A stretch of DNA of 37,907 nt from a virus. The notes under the pieces were generated by a model. That model was not told where the DNA came from and ran no database searches. It was given only the letters and a program-made list of their open reading frames with translations. The stretch lies in the UHGV virus genome UHGV-1993895; one strand, given 5' to 3'. This document shows, in pieces, positions 1 to 9,391 of this stretch. Both the position numbers and the translations under genes were made by a program. How positions within the stretch are numbered: position 1 is the stretch's first letter; the number at the start of each line of letters is the position of its first letter.

Positions 1-88
1 TGCCATTGGCTACGGCTTTAAAAGAACGAGCCATAGTGAAGAGTTGCGAAGGCATACTCACTACAACATTGGCTGTAATGTCTGTCAT
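1..88 (-). CDS. Tailspike protein, N-terminal head-binding domain only (5' partial; continues beyond window start)
   Basis: Minus-strand ATG at 86-88 opens MTDITANVVVSMPSQLFTMARSFKAVANG, the conserved N-terminus of P22-family tailspikes; reading frame runs off the window edge. Confidence 0.6.
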   Translation of the reverse strand, partial: MTDITANVVVSMPSQLFTMARSFKAVANG

Positions 89-144
89 TTAATTTGCTCC
101 AGATACAATGAATCGCCGCAGCGTGGCCACGGTGAATTTTGGGC

Positions 145-170
145 ATAAAAAAACCCAGCCGAAGCTGGGT
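145..170 (-). terminator. Rho-independent terminator downstream of ant
   Basis: Minus-strand hairpin CCCAGCTTCGGCTGGG followed by a T7 run, 20-40 nt after the ant stop. Confidence 0.5.
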
Positions 171-188
171 CGTTGCGTTGGTTATCTG

Positions 189-1112
189 TCAGTAGTTATG
201 TACTGAAGGAGGTAATTCTTTGTTCTTAAGTCTTATCCATGCTGAAAGGTTTGTTGGTCCGTCTGGCTCATTAATATCAACATCTCGTGTATGGTTGATT
301 AAAACATCTCTCGCCATATCGATAATACGGGAGAACTCATAACCGCAGTCATGACATCTGCCGGAATAGTTCGATTGAATTTGTTTTAGCGCCGGATACA
401 ATTCGCGGAATAATGCCTGTGAGCGGTTGGCATAATCCCATAGCCATACAAGGCTGTTTGCTTCTTTTGCAGAAAGCTCGTTGGTTTTCTTCTCTTGTTT
501 GCCAATGAACTCACCTTCAAGCGGAACTCGAGCTGCAAGTGACAGTGCTTCGGTAAACTGCTCCTCACTGATTTCTTTGTATGAACATCCAAAATGGGAT
601 TTCAGTGACGACCACATGGTGATCATCGCCTTAGCCTGTTTTTCCTTTGGCAGAGACTGACCGCGACTCATGACGAGTTGTTTAATGGCTTCCTGCTGTT
701 CAGTGGTGATTTTACCCGGCAACGCCTTTTTAGCTTTGCGTGGGTTAACTACATGACCTTTAGTCCAGTACTCGTATAGCACATCGTCACACTCTTCCTG
801 ATACTGGATTACCTTGTCGCGGATTTCAGGACGGACTTTGTTTGGCTGAATGCTTGAAAGCCAAGCCGCAAACTTACGAAAGGCAAGGCATATCATTAAC
901 TGTTTACCGCCAGCAGAAGGTATTTCGATTTCCGAAATACCTTTGACAAATCTCTGTTTTAATTTAACAAATTGAGCAGCCCAAACCATACCCATGCCTT
1001 CTACAACGGGTTTCATAGGAACGTAAGGTTCATTGTTAATGCTGACCAAAAAGAGATTTGTTCCGTGGAATGGAACGTTGATTGTATGTTCTGCAATTGC
1101 TACACTCGTCAT
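189..1112 (-). CDS. ant: Antirepressor Ant
   Basis: 307-aa ORF; position downstream of arc in an immI-type locus; length and sequence character of P22-type Ant. Confidence 0.8.
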   Translation of the reverse strand: MTSVAIAEHTINVPFHGTNLFLVSINNEPYVPMKPVVEGMGMVWAAQFVKLKQRFVKGISEIEIPSAGGKQLMICLAFRKFAAWLSSIQPNKVRPEIRDKVIQYQEECDDVLYEYWTKGHVVNPRKAKKALPGKITTEQQEAIKQLVMSRGQSLPKEKQAKAMITMWSSLKSHFGCSYKEISEEQFTEALSLAARVPLEGEFIGKQEKKTNELSAKEANSLVWLWDYANRSQALFRELYPALKQIQSNYSGRCHDCGYEFSRIIDMARDVLINHTRDVDINEPDGPTNLSAWIRLKNKELPPSVHNY

Positions 1113-1114
1113 GT

Positions 1115-1186
1115 CGTTAATTCCTATGCGTGGTTTTACGATACCGAAGCCCTGACTGTTACCGCAGTTGGGGCTTCACTGTTTTT
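1115..1186 (+). ncRNA. sar: sar-like antisense sRNA covering the ant translation start (predicted)
   Basis: Plus-strand promoter-like TTGATT-17 nt-TACACT at 1080-1108 inside the first ant codons; imperfect 13-bp hairpin at 1146-1177 followed by TTTTT at 1182-1186; predicted transcript about 70 nt antisense to the ant RBS, as for P22 sar. Confidence 0.4.
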
Positions 1187-1397
1187 GTAAGTCACTGTAG
1201 TTATAAAACCACTGACCACTCATTCTTGCTTTGATTGACTCTACTGAATCACGGCAAGGAATGATTCCACCTGACATCATTCTGATCTCCGTAAATTCAC
1301 CGCTCCTTACCGACTCAATGCCATTAACGTTAACTAAAGATTTACCTCTACCAAGTGCATTCTCATAGCCAATCTCATCAACCTCAATAAACCTCAT
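1176..1397 (-). CDS. Hypothetical 73-aa protein between arc and ant
   Basis: ATG overlaps the arc stop (ATGA); GAGG-type RBS inside the arc 3' end; no recognisable family. Confidence 0.45.
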   Translation of the reverse strand: MRFIEVDEIGYENALGRGKSLVNVNGIESVRSGEFTEIRMMSGGIIPCRDSVESIKARMSGQWFYNYSDLQKQ

Positions 1398-1552
1398 ACC
1401 GTTATCCCCTCTCTCTTCAGGCTGTCCATCACTCGCTTATAAATCTCAGAGTTAACAGATCGCCCGTTCTCTTCAGCTACCTTGCGCACCAAATCCAATA
1501 CTTCTTTAGGCCACCGCAAATTGAACTGCGGCATTTTGCTCATTCCTTTCAT
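1394..1552 (-). CDS. arc: Arc repressor (ribbon-helix-helix)
   Basis: Internal start MKGMSKMPQFNLRWPKEVLDLVRKVAEENGRSVNSEIY is the P22 Arc sequence; the longer ORF-track start at 1615 would read through the operators. Confidence 0.85.
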   Translation of the reverse strand: MKGMSKMPQFNLRWPKEVLDLVRKVAEENGRSVNSEIYKRVMDSLKREGITV

Positions 1553-1568
1553 ATTCACCTCACAATAT

Positions 1569-1585
1569 GGGTCCACCGTGGACCC
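1569..1585. promoter_or_regulatory. Mnt operator (17-bp perfect dyad)
   Basis: GGGTCCACCGTGGACCC, a 8-1-8 palindrome directly upstream of arc. Confidence 0.6.
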
Positions 1586-1594
1586 ATTGAGAAT

Positions 1595-1615
1595 ATAGTA
1601 GAGTGCTTCTATCAT
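1595..1615. promoter_or_regulatory. Arc operator (21 bp) within the divergent Pant/Pmnt region
   Basis: ATAGTAGAGTGCTTCTATCAT between the arc and mnt starts, matching the P22 arc operator as remembered. Confidence 0.65.
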
Positions 1616-1642
1616 GTCAATACACTAACTTGGGGTGATGGC

Positions 1643-1897
1643 ATGGCTAGAGACGATCCGCACTTTAACTTCCGTATGCCTTTGGAAGTAAGAGAAAAAT
1701 TGAAATTAAGAGCAGAGGCTAACGGAAGGTCAATGAACTCTGAGTTATTACAAATCGTTCAGGATGCTCTCTCAAAGCCATCATCAATTGTAGGCTATCG
1801 AGACGAAGCTGAGCGAGTCGCGGATGAGCAATCTGACGTTGTTAAGAAGATGGTCTTTGAAACGCTGAAAAATATTTATAGCAAAAGTAAGTTATAG
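1643..1897 (+). CDS. mnt: Mnt repressor
   Basis: 84-aa protein MARDDPHFNFRMPLEVREKLKLRAEANGRSMNSELLQIV, P22 Mnt-like; divergent from arc-ant. Confidence 0.85.
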   Translation: MARDDPHFNFRMPLEVREKLKLRAEANGRSMNSELLQIVQDALSKPSSIVGYRDEAERVADEQSDVVKKMVFETLKNIYSKSKL

Positions 1898-1946
1898 GCT
1901 TATGACGTACAGTTAACCATATCGATATTGGCTCGCGTGATGACAA

Positions 1947-2666
1947 ATGAAAAAAAGCAATGGACTCACATTAAAACTTGACGGAACCACCCCTGGCCAG
2001 CTGTCAATGGCTAAGTTGGTCAAGTATATGTCTGCTCTCGTAGATCTATACGGTTCTGCAGATTCTGTTCACTTCGACTGTGTAAGTGAAGGATCGGCTG
2101 ACTTAAATGCATGGGTCGATAATGATATTTGTTATAACGCTGTCATAGCAAGGGCCTCTCTCTCAGCCAAAGAGAAATCACCCGCGTATCAAAAAATTGT
2201 TAATTTACTGGAACATGATGGTTTTTCAGCGAAACTACTCGGACGAAACCACTCAACCATTATCGCATTCCCGCGAGTAAAAAAGGAGCCAATCCCTTTA
2301 CTCATAACAAAAACATCAGAAGTTCAAGGAAGGCTATACAGTGTTGGCGGAAAAGACAATTCAATACCTGTGCGTATTGAGGGAGCCAACGGCGAAACAT
2401 TCAAGTGCGAGGCAACCCCTGATTTGGCGGCAGCTCTTGGGTCCCATCTATTCAAATATATTAGGGTTAAAGGAGATGGGTGCTGGGAAAAAAAGAACAA
2501 CAAATGGGAGCTAAAGAAACTAAAAATAACTTCATTTGTATTGCTCAAAAAATCATCACTCAAGGATGCTATTAATGCTATCAAGCAAGTTCCTGGAGAT
2601 CAGTGGTCCGAGGAACGCGATGTTGATTCAATCCTTAGGACTCTGAGGAAGATAAATTGCGAGTAA
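1947..2666 (+). CDS. Hypothetical 239-aa protein, first gene of accessory cassette
   Basis: ORF 49 nt downstream of and co-directional with mnt; 10-nt overlap with the following PIN gene; AT-rich by eye; no recognisable domain. Confidence 0.6.
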   Translation: MKKSNGLTLKLDGTTPGQLSMAKLVKYMSALVDLYGSADSVHFDCVSEGSADLNAWVDNDICYNAVIARASLSAKEKSPAYQKIVNLLEHDGFSAKLLGRNHSTIIAFPRVKKEPIPLLITKTSEVQGRLYSVGGKDNSIPVRIEGANGETFKCEATPDLAAALGSHLFKYIRVKGDGCWEKKNNKWELKKLKITSFVLLKKSSLKDAINAIKQVPGDQWSEERDVDSILRTLRKINCE

Positions 2667-3205
2667 TTTTAGATACCAATATTCTGGTATACCTACTATC
2701 AGATATAGAACACGATTATAGATTATCTGACCCTATACTTGGTTCTGAGATTCCAGATGCCAAAAGAAGAGCAGAAGCTCTTGTTGATCGAATAGATAAC
2801 AAGAACGGGACAATCATCGTTCCAACTCCTGTATTGGCGGAGTTTTTAGTTGGAATCCATAAAGATTACCAACAAGAAAAACTGAATGTTATCAAATCGT
2901 TATCGTGCTTCGAAACTGTATCGTTTGATGAGTTGGCTGCTATTGAATGCGCATCGATACCAACATTAAAAGAATTAAGGAAAATTAGCACAGAAGGTAC
3001 AGCAAACAAAATTAAGTTTGACAGACAAATAATAGCAATTGCAAGAGCAATTAATGCTGACGAGGTATGGACTCATGATAAGGGAGTGTTTGAGCGTTGC
3101 AAAAGTCTCAATATTCCTGTGTTCACATTATCATCAATAGAACCAATTCCGGTTCAAAGTCTCATGGAGTTCTTACACGATTCAGACGATCAGAGATTAC
3201 ACTAA
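2657..3205 (+). CDS. PIN-domain (VapC-like) predicted nuclease
   Basis: N-terminus MRVILDTNILVYLL with Asp6, central acidic residues and a C-terminal THD motif fit the PIN fold; 182 aa; translationally coupled to the upstream gene. Confidence 0.6.
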   Translation: MRVILDTNILVYLLSDIEHDYRLSDPILGSEIPDAKRRAEALVDRIDNKNGTIIVPTPVLAEFLVGIHKDYQQEKLNVIKSLSCFETVSFDELAAIECASIPTLKELRKISTEGTANKIKFDRQIIAIARAINADEVWTHDKGVFERCKSLNIPVFTLSSIEPIPVQSLMEFLHDSDDQRLH

Positions 3206-3221
3206 AATATAATTTTTATGC

Positions 3222-3249
3222 ATCCGTGATAATTACATCCGTCACGGAT
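3222..3249. promoter_or_regulatory. Inverted repeat between the PIN gene and the third cassette gene
   Basis: ATCCGTGA ... TCACGGAT arms (8 bp) including a 13-bp palindrome ATCCGTCACGGAT; no T-run. Confidence 0.3.
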
Positions 3250-3332
3250 ACATAAAGCTATAGCCAAAAGTGGACAAACCTTTATCTCACTCCAAACCAT
3301 CTGGTATCCTGCGCAAAACTAAGGAGGTTGGT

Positions 3333-3755
3333 GTGTTTGGTATATTAACGAGAAGCAAGATAAAAAAATTAAGGGCAGAACTCGCCGAAACACAAAAACT
3401 GGCTTCACATTTTTACAAAATGAAATACGACGCTGAAGAGCGTGCATTTGTTGAGTTATGCGATTTATCTATTCGTATGGGAGTAGAGCCAGATGTAGCG
3501 GCAAAAACCCAACAAGGCATTGATATACTTGCAGATGTTGTTTTAAACAGGCAATATGCGTTTTATCTAAACGAGAAGGCCATTCAGATTTACTCTCAAA
3601 TCTTCCTCCTAGAAAAAAGAAGAGGAACTCACGATCGAGAAGAGTGGTTAAATGAAGTTGTTAAAAAATCTGGCTGGGAAGTTGTTTCATCAGAGCTACC
3701 TCTTATTTGTGCTGATTTAATCGAAGAGGCAAAAGAGCGCCTATCCGATGGCTAA
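3333..3755 (+). CDS. Hypothetical soluble protein, third gene of accessory cassette
   Basis: GTG start 5 nt after a strong AAGGAGG RBS (3321-3327); ORF track gives a longer version from 3270; no TM segments, so not SieA-like. Confidence 0.5.
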   Translation: MFGILTRSKIKKLRAELAETQKLASHFYKMKYDAEERAFVELCDLSIRMGVEPDVAAKTQQGIDILADVVLNRQYAFYLNEKAIQIYSQIFLLEKRRGTHDREEWLNEVVKKSGWEVVSSELPLICADLIEEAKERLSDG

Positions 3756-3779
3756 ACGAATCCATCCGTGGATTACTAA

Positions 3780-5903
3780 TTACTCCCGCTCCATTCCGCT
3801 TAGCGATGCCACAATCCCAGCCCTCGCTAAGCGCTGAAACTCTTCGTTTCCGACGGTATCACGTATCGCTTTTACAGCAGCTTTATTTGCCATAAATCTG
3901 CGTTCAGCCGCCGCTAATGCACCATCACTTGCCCCAACCTTAACTGCCTTTGTTGCCTCTTGAACAGCCTTTTCAATAGCGTAACGACCACTGCGGGATG
4001 CAGCTAACTTTTCTATCGTCCCTTTAGCTATAGATCCAGAAACAGCCCCCACAACACCGCCAACAATCCCTCCACCAGTGGTGCCAACAATAGCCCCTGA
4101 TGTTGAATTGCCTATTGCATTGAGAACTGTCATGACAGCTTTTGGCAGTCCTTGCTCAAGAGAGTTAATTGCCGGTATAGAGCGCCCCGTATGCTCTACA
4201 TATCGCAGTGGTCTGGTTGCTGCTCTGGCAAGGTCGCTGTATGCCCTAGCAATCTTACCCATTTCTGGCGAGTGCTTGCTAATGGCAGTAATATTCTGCG
4301 GCGTAAGGATCGACGCTATATGGAATACGCCAGCAGACTCTGATTTACCGCCACGCCCCCCTTGCGATACCGCATCTTGTAATATTGATGCAATTGCTGG
4401 AGATCGCTCAGACTCTGGCAGTGCGCCAATAATCTGATGAAACTTTCCTGTCCCACTTTTTGATGAATTTTGCAAGGCTTTAATACCATCAGTGACTAAC
4501 TGATCAGTTGCAAGGTTTCTAAACGCTGCTTCAGCCTGTTCTTGTGCTGTAAATCTTGCTTTTGACAGATCATTAGCTTTTTGCCAGTCATCAAGAAAAC
4601 CGCCATTTTGAGCCATTATGCGCATATCTTCCGTTGCTGCATCACGAAGCTCCGCCATGCGCCTTGCCGTATTTGCCTCACCAGACCTTATATACTTCTG
4701 CTCAGCGTCAGCAAGTTTACTTCGCCATGCCTTCATGGCATCAAACGTGATTCCTTTTTTACCAGTTTTAGCATAAGCAGATGCAAATTGTTTCATCTCA
4801 GGAGTTAGCGGCATACCAGCCAAAATATCACCCTGAATTGTAGCGTTCAGGTTTGACATTCTGGCCTTTGCGTCAGGCATCGTGGAGCGGACGCTATCCC
4901 ATGCTGCCTTTTCTGAGTTCTTCATTTTATCAATACTTGCTAAAACCCTTTGTTTTATGGCTGCACTTTTTTCTGATGCAGATCCAGCCTCAGCACCAAG
5001 TTCATCAAGTGCTGAGTGGAATTTCGACTGTATTTCACTAAAAGCCCTAGTATGTGCATCCTGAACAATTCCTGGTTCGGATGCCAATATCCCTTCGGCT
5101 TGTGCAATTCCACGACTTCCAGATCGCATTCCTGGTGTTAATGCGTTTATATCAATTCCAGCAGACTCAGCCGCTTTTGCTACATCTTCGGACACATTAG
5201 CGGCCTGACTGGCAATTGACTGACGCCCAGCACCTGACTTTGCCATCCTGGAAACATCATTAGCAGAATTCAGTGCTGCACCACCAAGAGCCTGTGAAAC
5301 CCTTGGCGCAATAACGCGCCCGACACCAGAAAGAACGCCTTGAGCACCAATATTGACACCACCGTTAATGGCAGCATTTTGTGCAAAGTTGCCATCCTGA
5401 TTTGCAGCATCAGCAAGAGAACCTGCAATCATGTTTCCTGCGGAACCGATATCTCCAGCGAGCTTTGCTGGCGCTCCAGCAGCTTTTGCCGCTGTGCCAA
5501 TTGGCAGGAGATACCCACCAATTGTTTCACCGGCTTGCGCGTAAGGGTCTGTCGGTCGATCGACTGGACGATAGACATCATCCAATACTTTTGGCCCACC
5601 AAGCCCATGACTGATTGCATTAATCAGACTTGCGCCACCCTGCAATACGTCAAATGGTATGTTTACCAGACCACGACCAGCCTGTTCTGCAATTTGCCCT
5701 GCACTTTGACCACCTGTGAGCCAATCGCCAGCTTGTTGCATCAATGATGGTTCTTCACGTGCTGGTTCATTATTGGCCTGATTAACTGTTTGTTGCTGAA
5801 CAGCCTGACCAGCAAAATACTCATCAATGGCGGTGCCAATATCTTCGGTGCTCGTACCATCAGGGAAGGTAAATGTCTTACCGTTTGCAGTTACTTTCAT
5901 CAT
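3780..5903 (-). CDS. Ejection (E) protein, P22 gp16-like
   Basis: 707-aa Ala/Gly-rich protein, last gene of the ejection-protein block by synteny. Confidence 0.65.
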   Translation of the reverse strand: MMKVTANGKTFTFPDGTSTEDIGTAIDEYFAGQAVQQQTVNQANNEPAREEPSLMQQAGDWLTGGQSAGQIAEQAGRGLVNIPFDVLQGGASLINAISHGLGGPKVLDDVYRPVDRPTDPYAQAGETIGGYLLPIGTAAKAAGAPAKLAGDIGSAGNMIAGSLADAANQDGNFAQNAAINGGVNIGAQGVLSGVGRVIAPRVSQALGGAALNSANDVSRMAKSGAGRQSIASQAANVSEDVAKAAESAGIDINALTPGMRSGSRGIAQAEGILASEPGIVQDAHTRAFSEIQSKFHSALDELGAEAGSASEKSAAIKQRVLASIDKMKNSEKAAWDSVRSTMPDAKARMSNLNATIQGDILAGMPLTPEMKQFASAYAKTGKKGITFDAMKAWRSKLADAEQKYIRSGEANTARRMAELRDAATEDMRIMAQNGGFLDDWQKANDLSKARFTAQEQAEAAFRNLATDQLVTDGIKALQNSSKSGTGKFHQIIGALPESERSPAIASILQDAVSQGGRGGKSESAGVFHIASILTPQNITAISKHSPEMGKIARAYSDLARAATRPLRYVEHTGRSIPAINSLEQGLPKAVMTVLNAIGNSTSGAIVGTTGGGIVGGVVGAVSGSIAKGTIEKLAASRSGRYAIEKAVQEATKAVKVGASDGALAAAERRFMANKAAVKAIRDTVGNEEFQRLARAGIVASLSGMERE

Positions 5904-7312
5904 TCCACCGTAAATTGAATGCCTGATTTTGAGGTATATGATCCAACCTGATTCGGTGTTTCTCCTGAAGGTATCGAATCTTGCGCTGGTGCTGCGTCAG
6001 TATTCATTGACATATACCGCTTAACGGCACTCCCCAATGATTCACCTTTTTTAACATCCACCCCCAATATCTGACCGCCATTACGCGATTGCCCAGGGTT
6101 GCCATTCGCGCTCATCCACTCGGCTTTAAACTCATTAAACTGCGCGTTTCGTCGCTCAAGGTTTGCCATTGCATCAAGCCATCTTGCGACCGTCTCAGGG
6201 TTATCCATGTCAGTTGGCGCACCCTGTCGAACGATCTCAACGTCTTTATCCGTTGCTGGGCCGGGAGGTAGGAATTTAAGAACCTGACTGTTAACAAGGG
6301 CATTTTGGCGGATGCGCAAATCACGCAATGTCGTATCGCTTCCGGTAAGTTTTGCGAACATGTTCTGTGCGTTACCGAACAAACCTGTCGTTGGTTTTTC
6401 TGCTCTGAACTGTTGAGCAAGCGCACTCATAGAATTGGCTGAGTTTGATGATGCTGTGGCATTGTTTACAGCCGTCTCGATGCCTTTTTCCATGTTTACT
6501 GACAGCTTAGGTGCTTCACTAATCAACTGCTGAGCCTTTTCCTGCGCTTGCTGCATCTTAAACCCGAACTCTTGCTGATCCAGAGCCAAGCGTTGTGCTG
6601 CGATATTGTGCCCAGTCATTGCTGACTGATAGGAAAGGTTTTGCCCTCTCGCCTGAAGTGCTTCACCAGCCTGATTGCTGCGGATTGTCTCTGCAAGTTT
6701 TCCGCGATCAATCTCACGACCAGCCATTTTGTCCTGAACATTGAAGTAATCAATCGGGCCAAGTGCAGCCATTCCAAGGTGATCAACAAACTCTGTGAAA
6801 CCTTGTGGATTTTGCTGATACATTTTCGCCACATCCAGAGGGTCTACTCCGGCACGAGTAAGCTCAGATGAGTTGTTCTGCAACCATGACATCATGGCTT
6901 CTGGAGATGAAGCTGCGAGTCTGGCACTTGCTGCCAGTGTACCGACAGTGGAACGCTGGTCTTCATCGACAAATTTCATGCCGTTTCTTACAGCGTCAAA
7001 CTGCTCAGGATACTGTGATGCCAGTTTTCGCATTGCATCGCGGTCACCAGATGTATACGCATCAGCATAAGCCTGCTGAAACTCTTGCTGCCGCTTCTGC
7101 TGATCCATCTGCTTATACATATCCATGACAGATGAAATGCCCTGCAAAGCCTGCAAGCCAACGTTATTACGTCCTGAACGCTCCATCTCGTTATTCTGTC
7201 GAATGTATGCAAGCGTGGCGTCTGCATCACTTGCTCTTGGAGCGTTGGAGTTCATGCCGCCTAACCCGGCAAGAAGCGCGCCTGAATTACCAGCCTGTTG
7301 CCATGTAGCCAA
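5900..7312 (-). CDS. Ejection protein, P22 gp20-like
   Basis: 470 aa; synteny between gp7-like and gp16-like genes; start overlaps the upstream stop. Confidence 0.65.
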   Translation of the reverse strand: MATWQQAGNSGALLAGLGGMNSNAPRASDADATLAYIRQNNEMERSGRNNVGLQALQGISSVMDMYKQMDQQKRQQEFQQAYADAYTSGDRDAMRKLASQYPEQFDAVRNGMKFVDEDQRSTVGTLAASARLAASSPEAMMSWLQNNSSELTRAGVDPLDVAKMYQQNPQGFTEFVDHLGMAALGPIDYFNVQDKMAGREIDRGKLAETIRSNQAGEALQARGQNLSYQSAMTGHNIAAQRLALDQQEFGFKMQQAQEKAQQLISEAPKLSVNMEKGIETAVNNATASSNSANSMSALAQQFRAEKPTTGLFGNAQNMFAKLTGSDTTLRDLRIRQNALVNSQVLKFLPPGPATDKDVEIVRQGAPTDMDNPETVARWLDAMANLERRNAQFNEFKAEWMSANGNPGQSRNGGQILGVDVKKGESLGSAVKRYMSMNTDAAPAQDSIPSGETPNQVGSYTSKSGIQFTVE

Positions 7313-7324
7313 GAGACACCTCCA

Positions 7325-7984
7325 TTAAAAAAGTGAACCAAGAAGACCGACGCCAGCACCAATTGCTGTACCCCAACCAGGCATGATTGCAGTCCCCATC
7401 GCAGCACCTGCCGCAGCTCCACCGAGAGCACTCTGAAAGCCAGACGGTTTATTGGCATTTGCTGCCGCTGCCGCCGCCTGCTGTTGATACAATTGGCTGA
7501 CGTTGTTAGCGTAGTTCTGCCCGGCGTTTGCCTGACCTGTAAGAGCACCAAGGCCGATATTTGCCAGATTGTTGTAGTTGTTCATCTGACCTGACAGCCA
7601 GTTTTGACCGAGTGTAGGTGCGATTGCTGCTAACTGGTTTCCTGTTGCTGTAGAGCCTAATCCACCCGTTGCCTCTGCTGCTGCCAGACTCTGATAGCGC
7701 GCCTGCCCTGCAAGGTCTTTGTACTGCTGGGAGTTGTAATACTGGTTAAGCGCCTGACCTTGCCCCTGAAGAGAGGAAAGATTTTGCAACTGTGATACAT
7801 ACTGCTGAGCGAGTGGCGTGAACGGTGCAAGGTTTTGCATGTTCGTCTGCCACATTTCACGCTGCAATTCGATGCCCTTTTCAGTTGCGCGTGCCTGGGC
7901 TTTAGATCCGGAGTCGCTGCCGCCTTTCATATACCCATTCATGGGAAGCAATTTATTCTTGAAGCTTTCGCTAAGTACTAACAT
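7325..7984 (-). CDS. Ejection protein, P22 gp7-like
   Basis: 219 aa, Q/N-rich with a Gly/Ala-rich hydrophobic C-terminus; synteny. Confidence 0.6.
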   Translation of the reverse strand: MLVLSESFKNKLLPMNGYMKGGSDSGSKAQARATEKGIELQREMWQTNMQNLAPFTPLAQQYVSQLQNLSSLQGQGQALNQYYNSQQYKDLAGQARYQSLAAAEATGGLGSTATGNQLAAIAPTLGQNWLSGQMNNYNNLANIGLGALTGQANAGQNYANNVSQLYQQQAAAAAANANKPSGFQSALGGAAAGAAMGTAIMPGWGTAIGAGVGLLGSLF

Positions 7985-8441
7985 TTAATAGCTCCTCATA
8001 TTTTGAACGAGGTAATTGATAGAGGGTGATTCCAACCGGTTTTCCGTTACTTATGTACGCATCATCAAGGTGACCAACACGGGTAGCGCCAAGCAAACGG
8101 ATAATTGCCCGTCCGTATTTCGTGGTGTCAGGAACCATGGTGATGCTGTTAAGGAATGCTGAGTTTTCGAGAAGCCATTTGCAGAATAATCGATGCCCTT
8201 GCAGTGCATATTCACCACGGAATCCGGGGTCGTACACCGCATGGCATTCAACAACGCTATGCCAGAAGTTACGCACTTCATGCACTCCGACCAGCATCAG
8301 TCCTTCGTAGATGCCGAGGTATACCGCATCAGGCTTGATGTAGTATTTGTCTCCACTGTCTACGATATTTCCCGTGTTTGCCGGGTTGTTGAGGAATTCT
8401 GCAAGCTTCACCGGATTATCGATGAGCTTTATTTCCATCAC
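7971..8441 (-). CDS. Protein at the gp14 position (ejection/assembly protein by synteny)
   Basis: 156-aa ORF between tail needle and gp7-like gene; assignment by position only. Confidence 0.45.
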   Translation of the reverse strand: MMEIKLIDNPVKLAEFLNNPANTGNIVDSGDKYYIKPDAVYLGIYEGLMLVGVHEVRNFWHSVVECHAVYDPGFRGEYALQGHRLFCKWLLENSAFLNSITMVPDTTKYGRAIIRLLGATRVGHLDDAYISNGKPVGITLYQLPRSKYEELLNVST

Positions 8442-9391
8442 TGCTCCGCAATGATTTTGATGGTTGTGGCAGTAAACGCCGCACCATTTGACTGAATGGT
8501 TAACGTACTGCCATTTGTGGCAAGAAAGCCGTCTTTATCCACGCTGAAGAACGTAGCTAACAGGATGTTGTCGGTTGTTGTCGCCGCATTACGACTGCTC
8601 ACAAGTGTGTCAGGAACAGAGCCGGAAAACGTTAGCTGCATTGATCTGTTAGCGGTTCCGCTGGGCCACGTCCCGACAATCGACAGCTTGAAGAACAGGG
8701 TTTTGTTCTCGTTGAACACAACCATCTTGTTGTTAACGGTGTCGAAGAATGGTGCCAACGTGCCTGATGACGGCGTGAGCGTTTTCAGCAGGCTAACAAG
8801 GTTGGTAGGCGCTGTCGGAATTGTTACCGATACTCCTGAGTAAACAACCTCTGATTTCTTGCGCGTGGTGGCATACTCAAGCGCAGATATTCTTGTTGAG
8901 TGATCACCCACTGTGCTTTGTAGCGTCGAAATACTTCCCTCTGCCGCTGTTAGCCTGGTATCAAGTGCGTCGATATCGGTTGTATTCTGAGTTATGCGCG
9001 CATCATGGTTTGCTAACTCAGATTCATTGGCAGCAATTCGCGTCTCGTGATCAGCCAACTCTGTTTCAGCAGCCGTAATCCTTGTTTCATGATCTGCAAG
9101 AGTGCTTTCCGCTGCTGCAATTCTATGTTCATGATTGATGAGAGTTGCTTCAGCAGCTTCAATTCTGGATTCATGGTCTGCAAGGGTGACATCCTGCTCA
9201 TCATTCTTCACCTGTGCATCATAAGCCCCCTTCCCTGCTTCGTTGGCCTTGTTTGCCACGTTACCAACATCAGTACCCTGTGCAATAACGTACAACAGAT
9301 ATGACTGCGAGAAGATATTGCGAGGAAGGATTGATGTATCGAGTCGTGTAGCCTGAATTGTTACCGGCTCATTGAGATTCGAATCAGCCAT
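8438..9391 (-). CDS. Tail needle (gp26-like) with extended C-terminal domain
   Basis: Repeated heptad motifs ([20 protein letters not shown]) indicating a trimeric coiled coil; 317 aa. Confidence 0.7.
   Translation of the reverse strand: MADSNLNEPVTIQATRLDTSILPRNIFSQSYLLYVIAQGTDVGNVANKANEAGKGAYDAQVKNDEQDVTLADHESRIEAAEATLINHEHRIAAAESTLADHETRITAAETELADHETRIAANESELANHDARITQNTTDIDALDTRLTAAEGSISTLQSTVGDHSTRISALEYATTRKKSEVVYSGVSVTIPTAPTNLVSLLKTLTPSSGTLAPFFDTVNNKMVVFNENKTLFFKLSIVGTWPSGTANRSMQLTFSGSVPDTLVSSRNAATTTDNILLATFFSVDKDGFLATNGSTLTIQSNGAAFTATTIKIIAEQ

Noticed and set aside
3270-3332. Longer version of the third cassette gene starting at 3270
   Set aside because: No RBS in front of 3270, whereas AAGGAGG sits 5 nt upstream of the in-frame GTG at 3333; the extension may still be real.
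4078-9304. Many 60-135-aa ORFs antisense to or out of frame within the ejection-protein, gp20, gp7 and needle genes
   Set aside because: All lie inside long, syntenic structural genes; they lack RBSs and have low-complexity or Cys/Arg-rich translations typical of shadow ORFs in GC-rich coding DNA.
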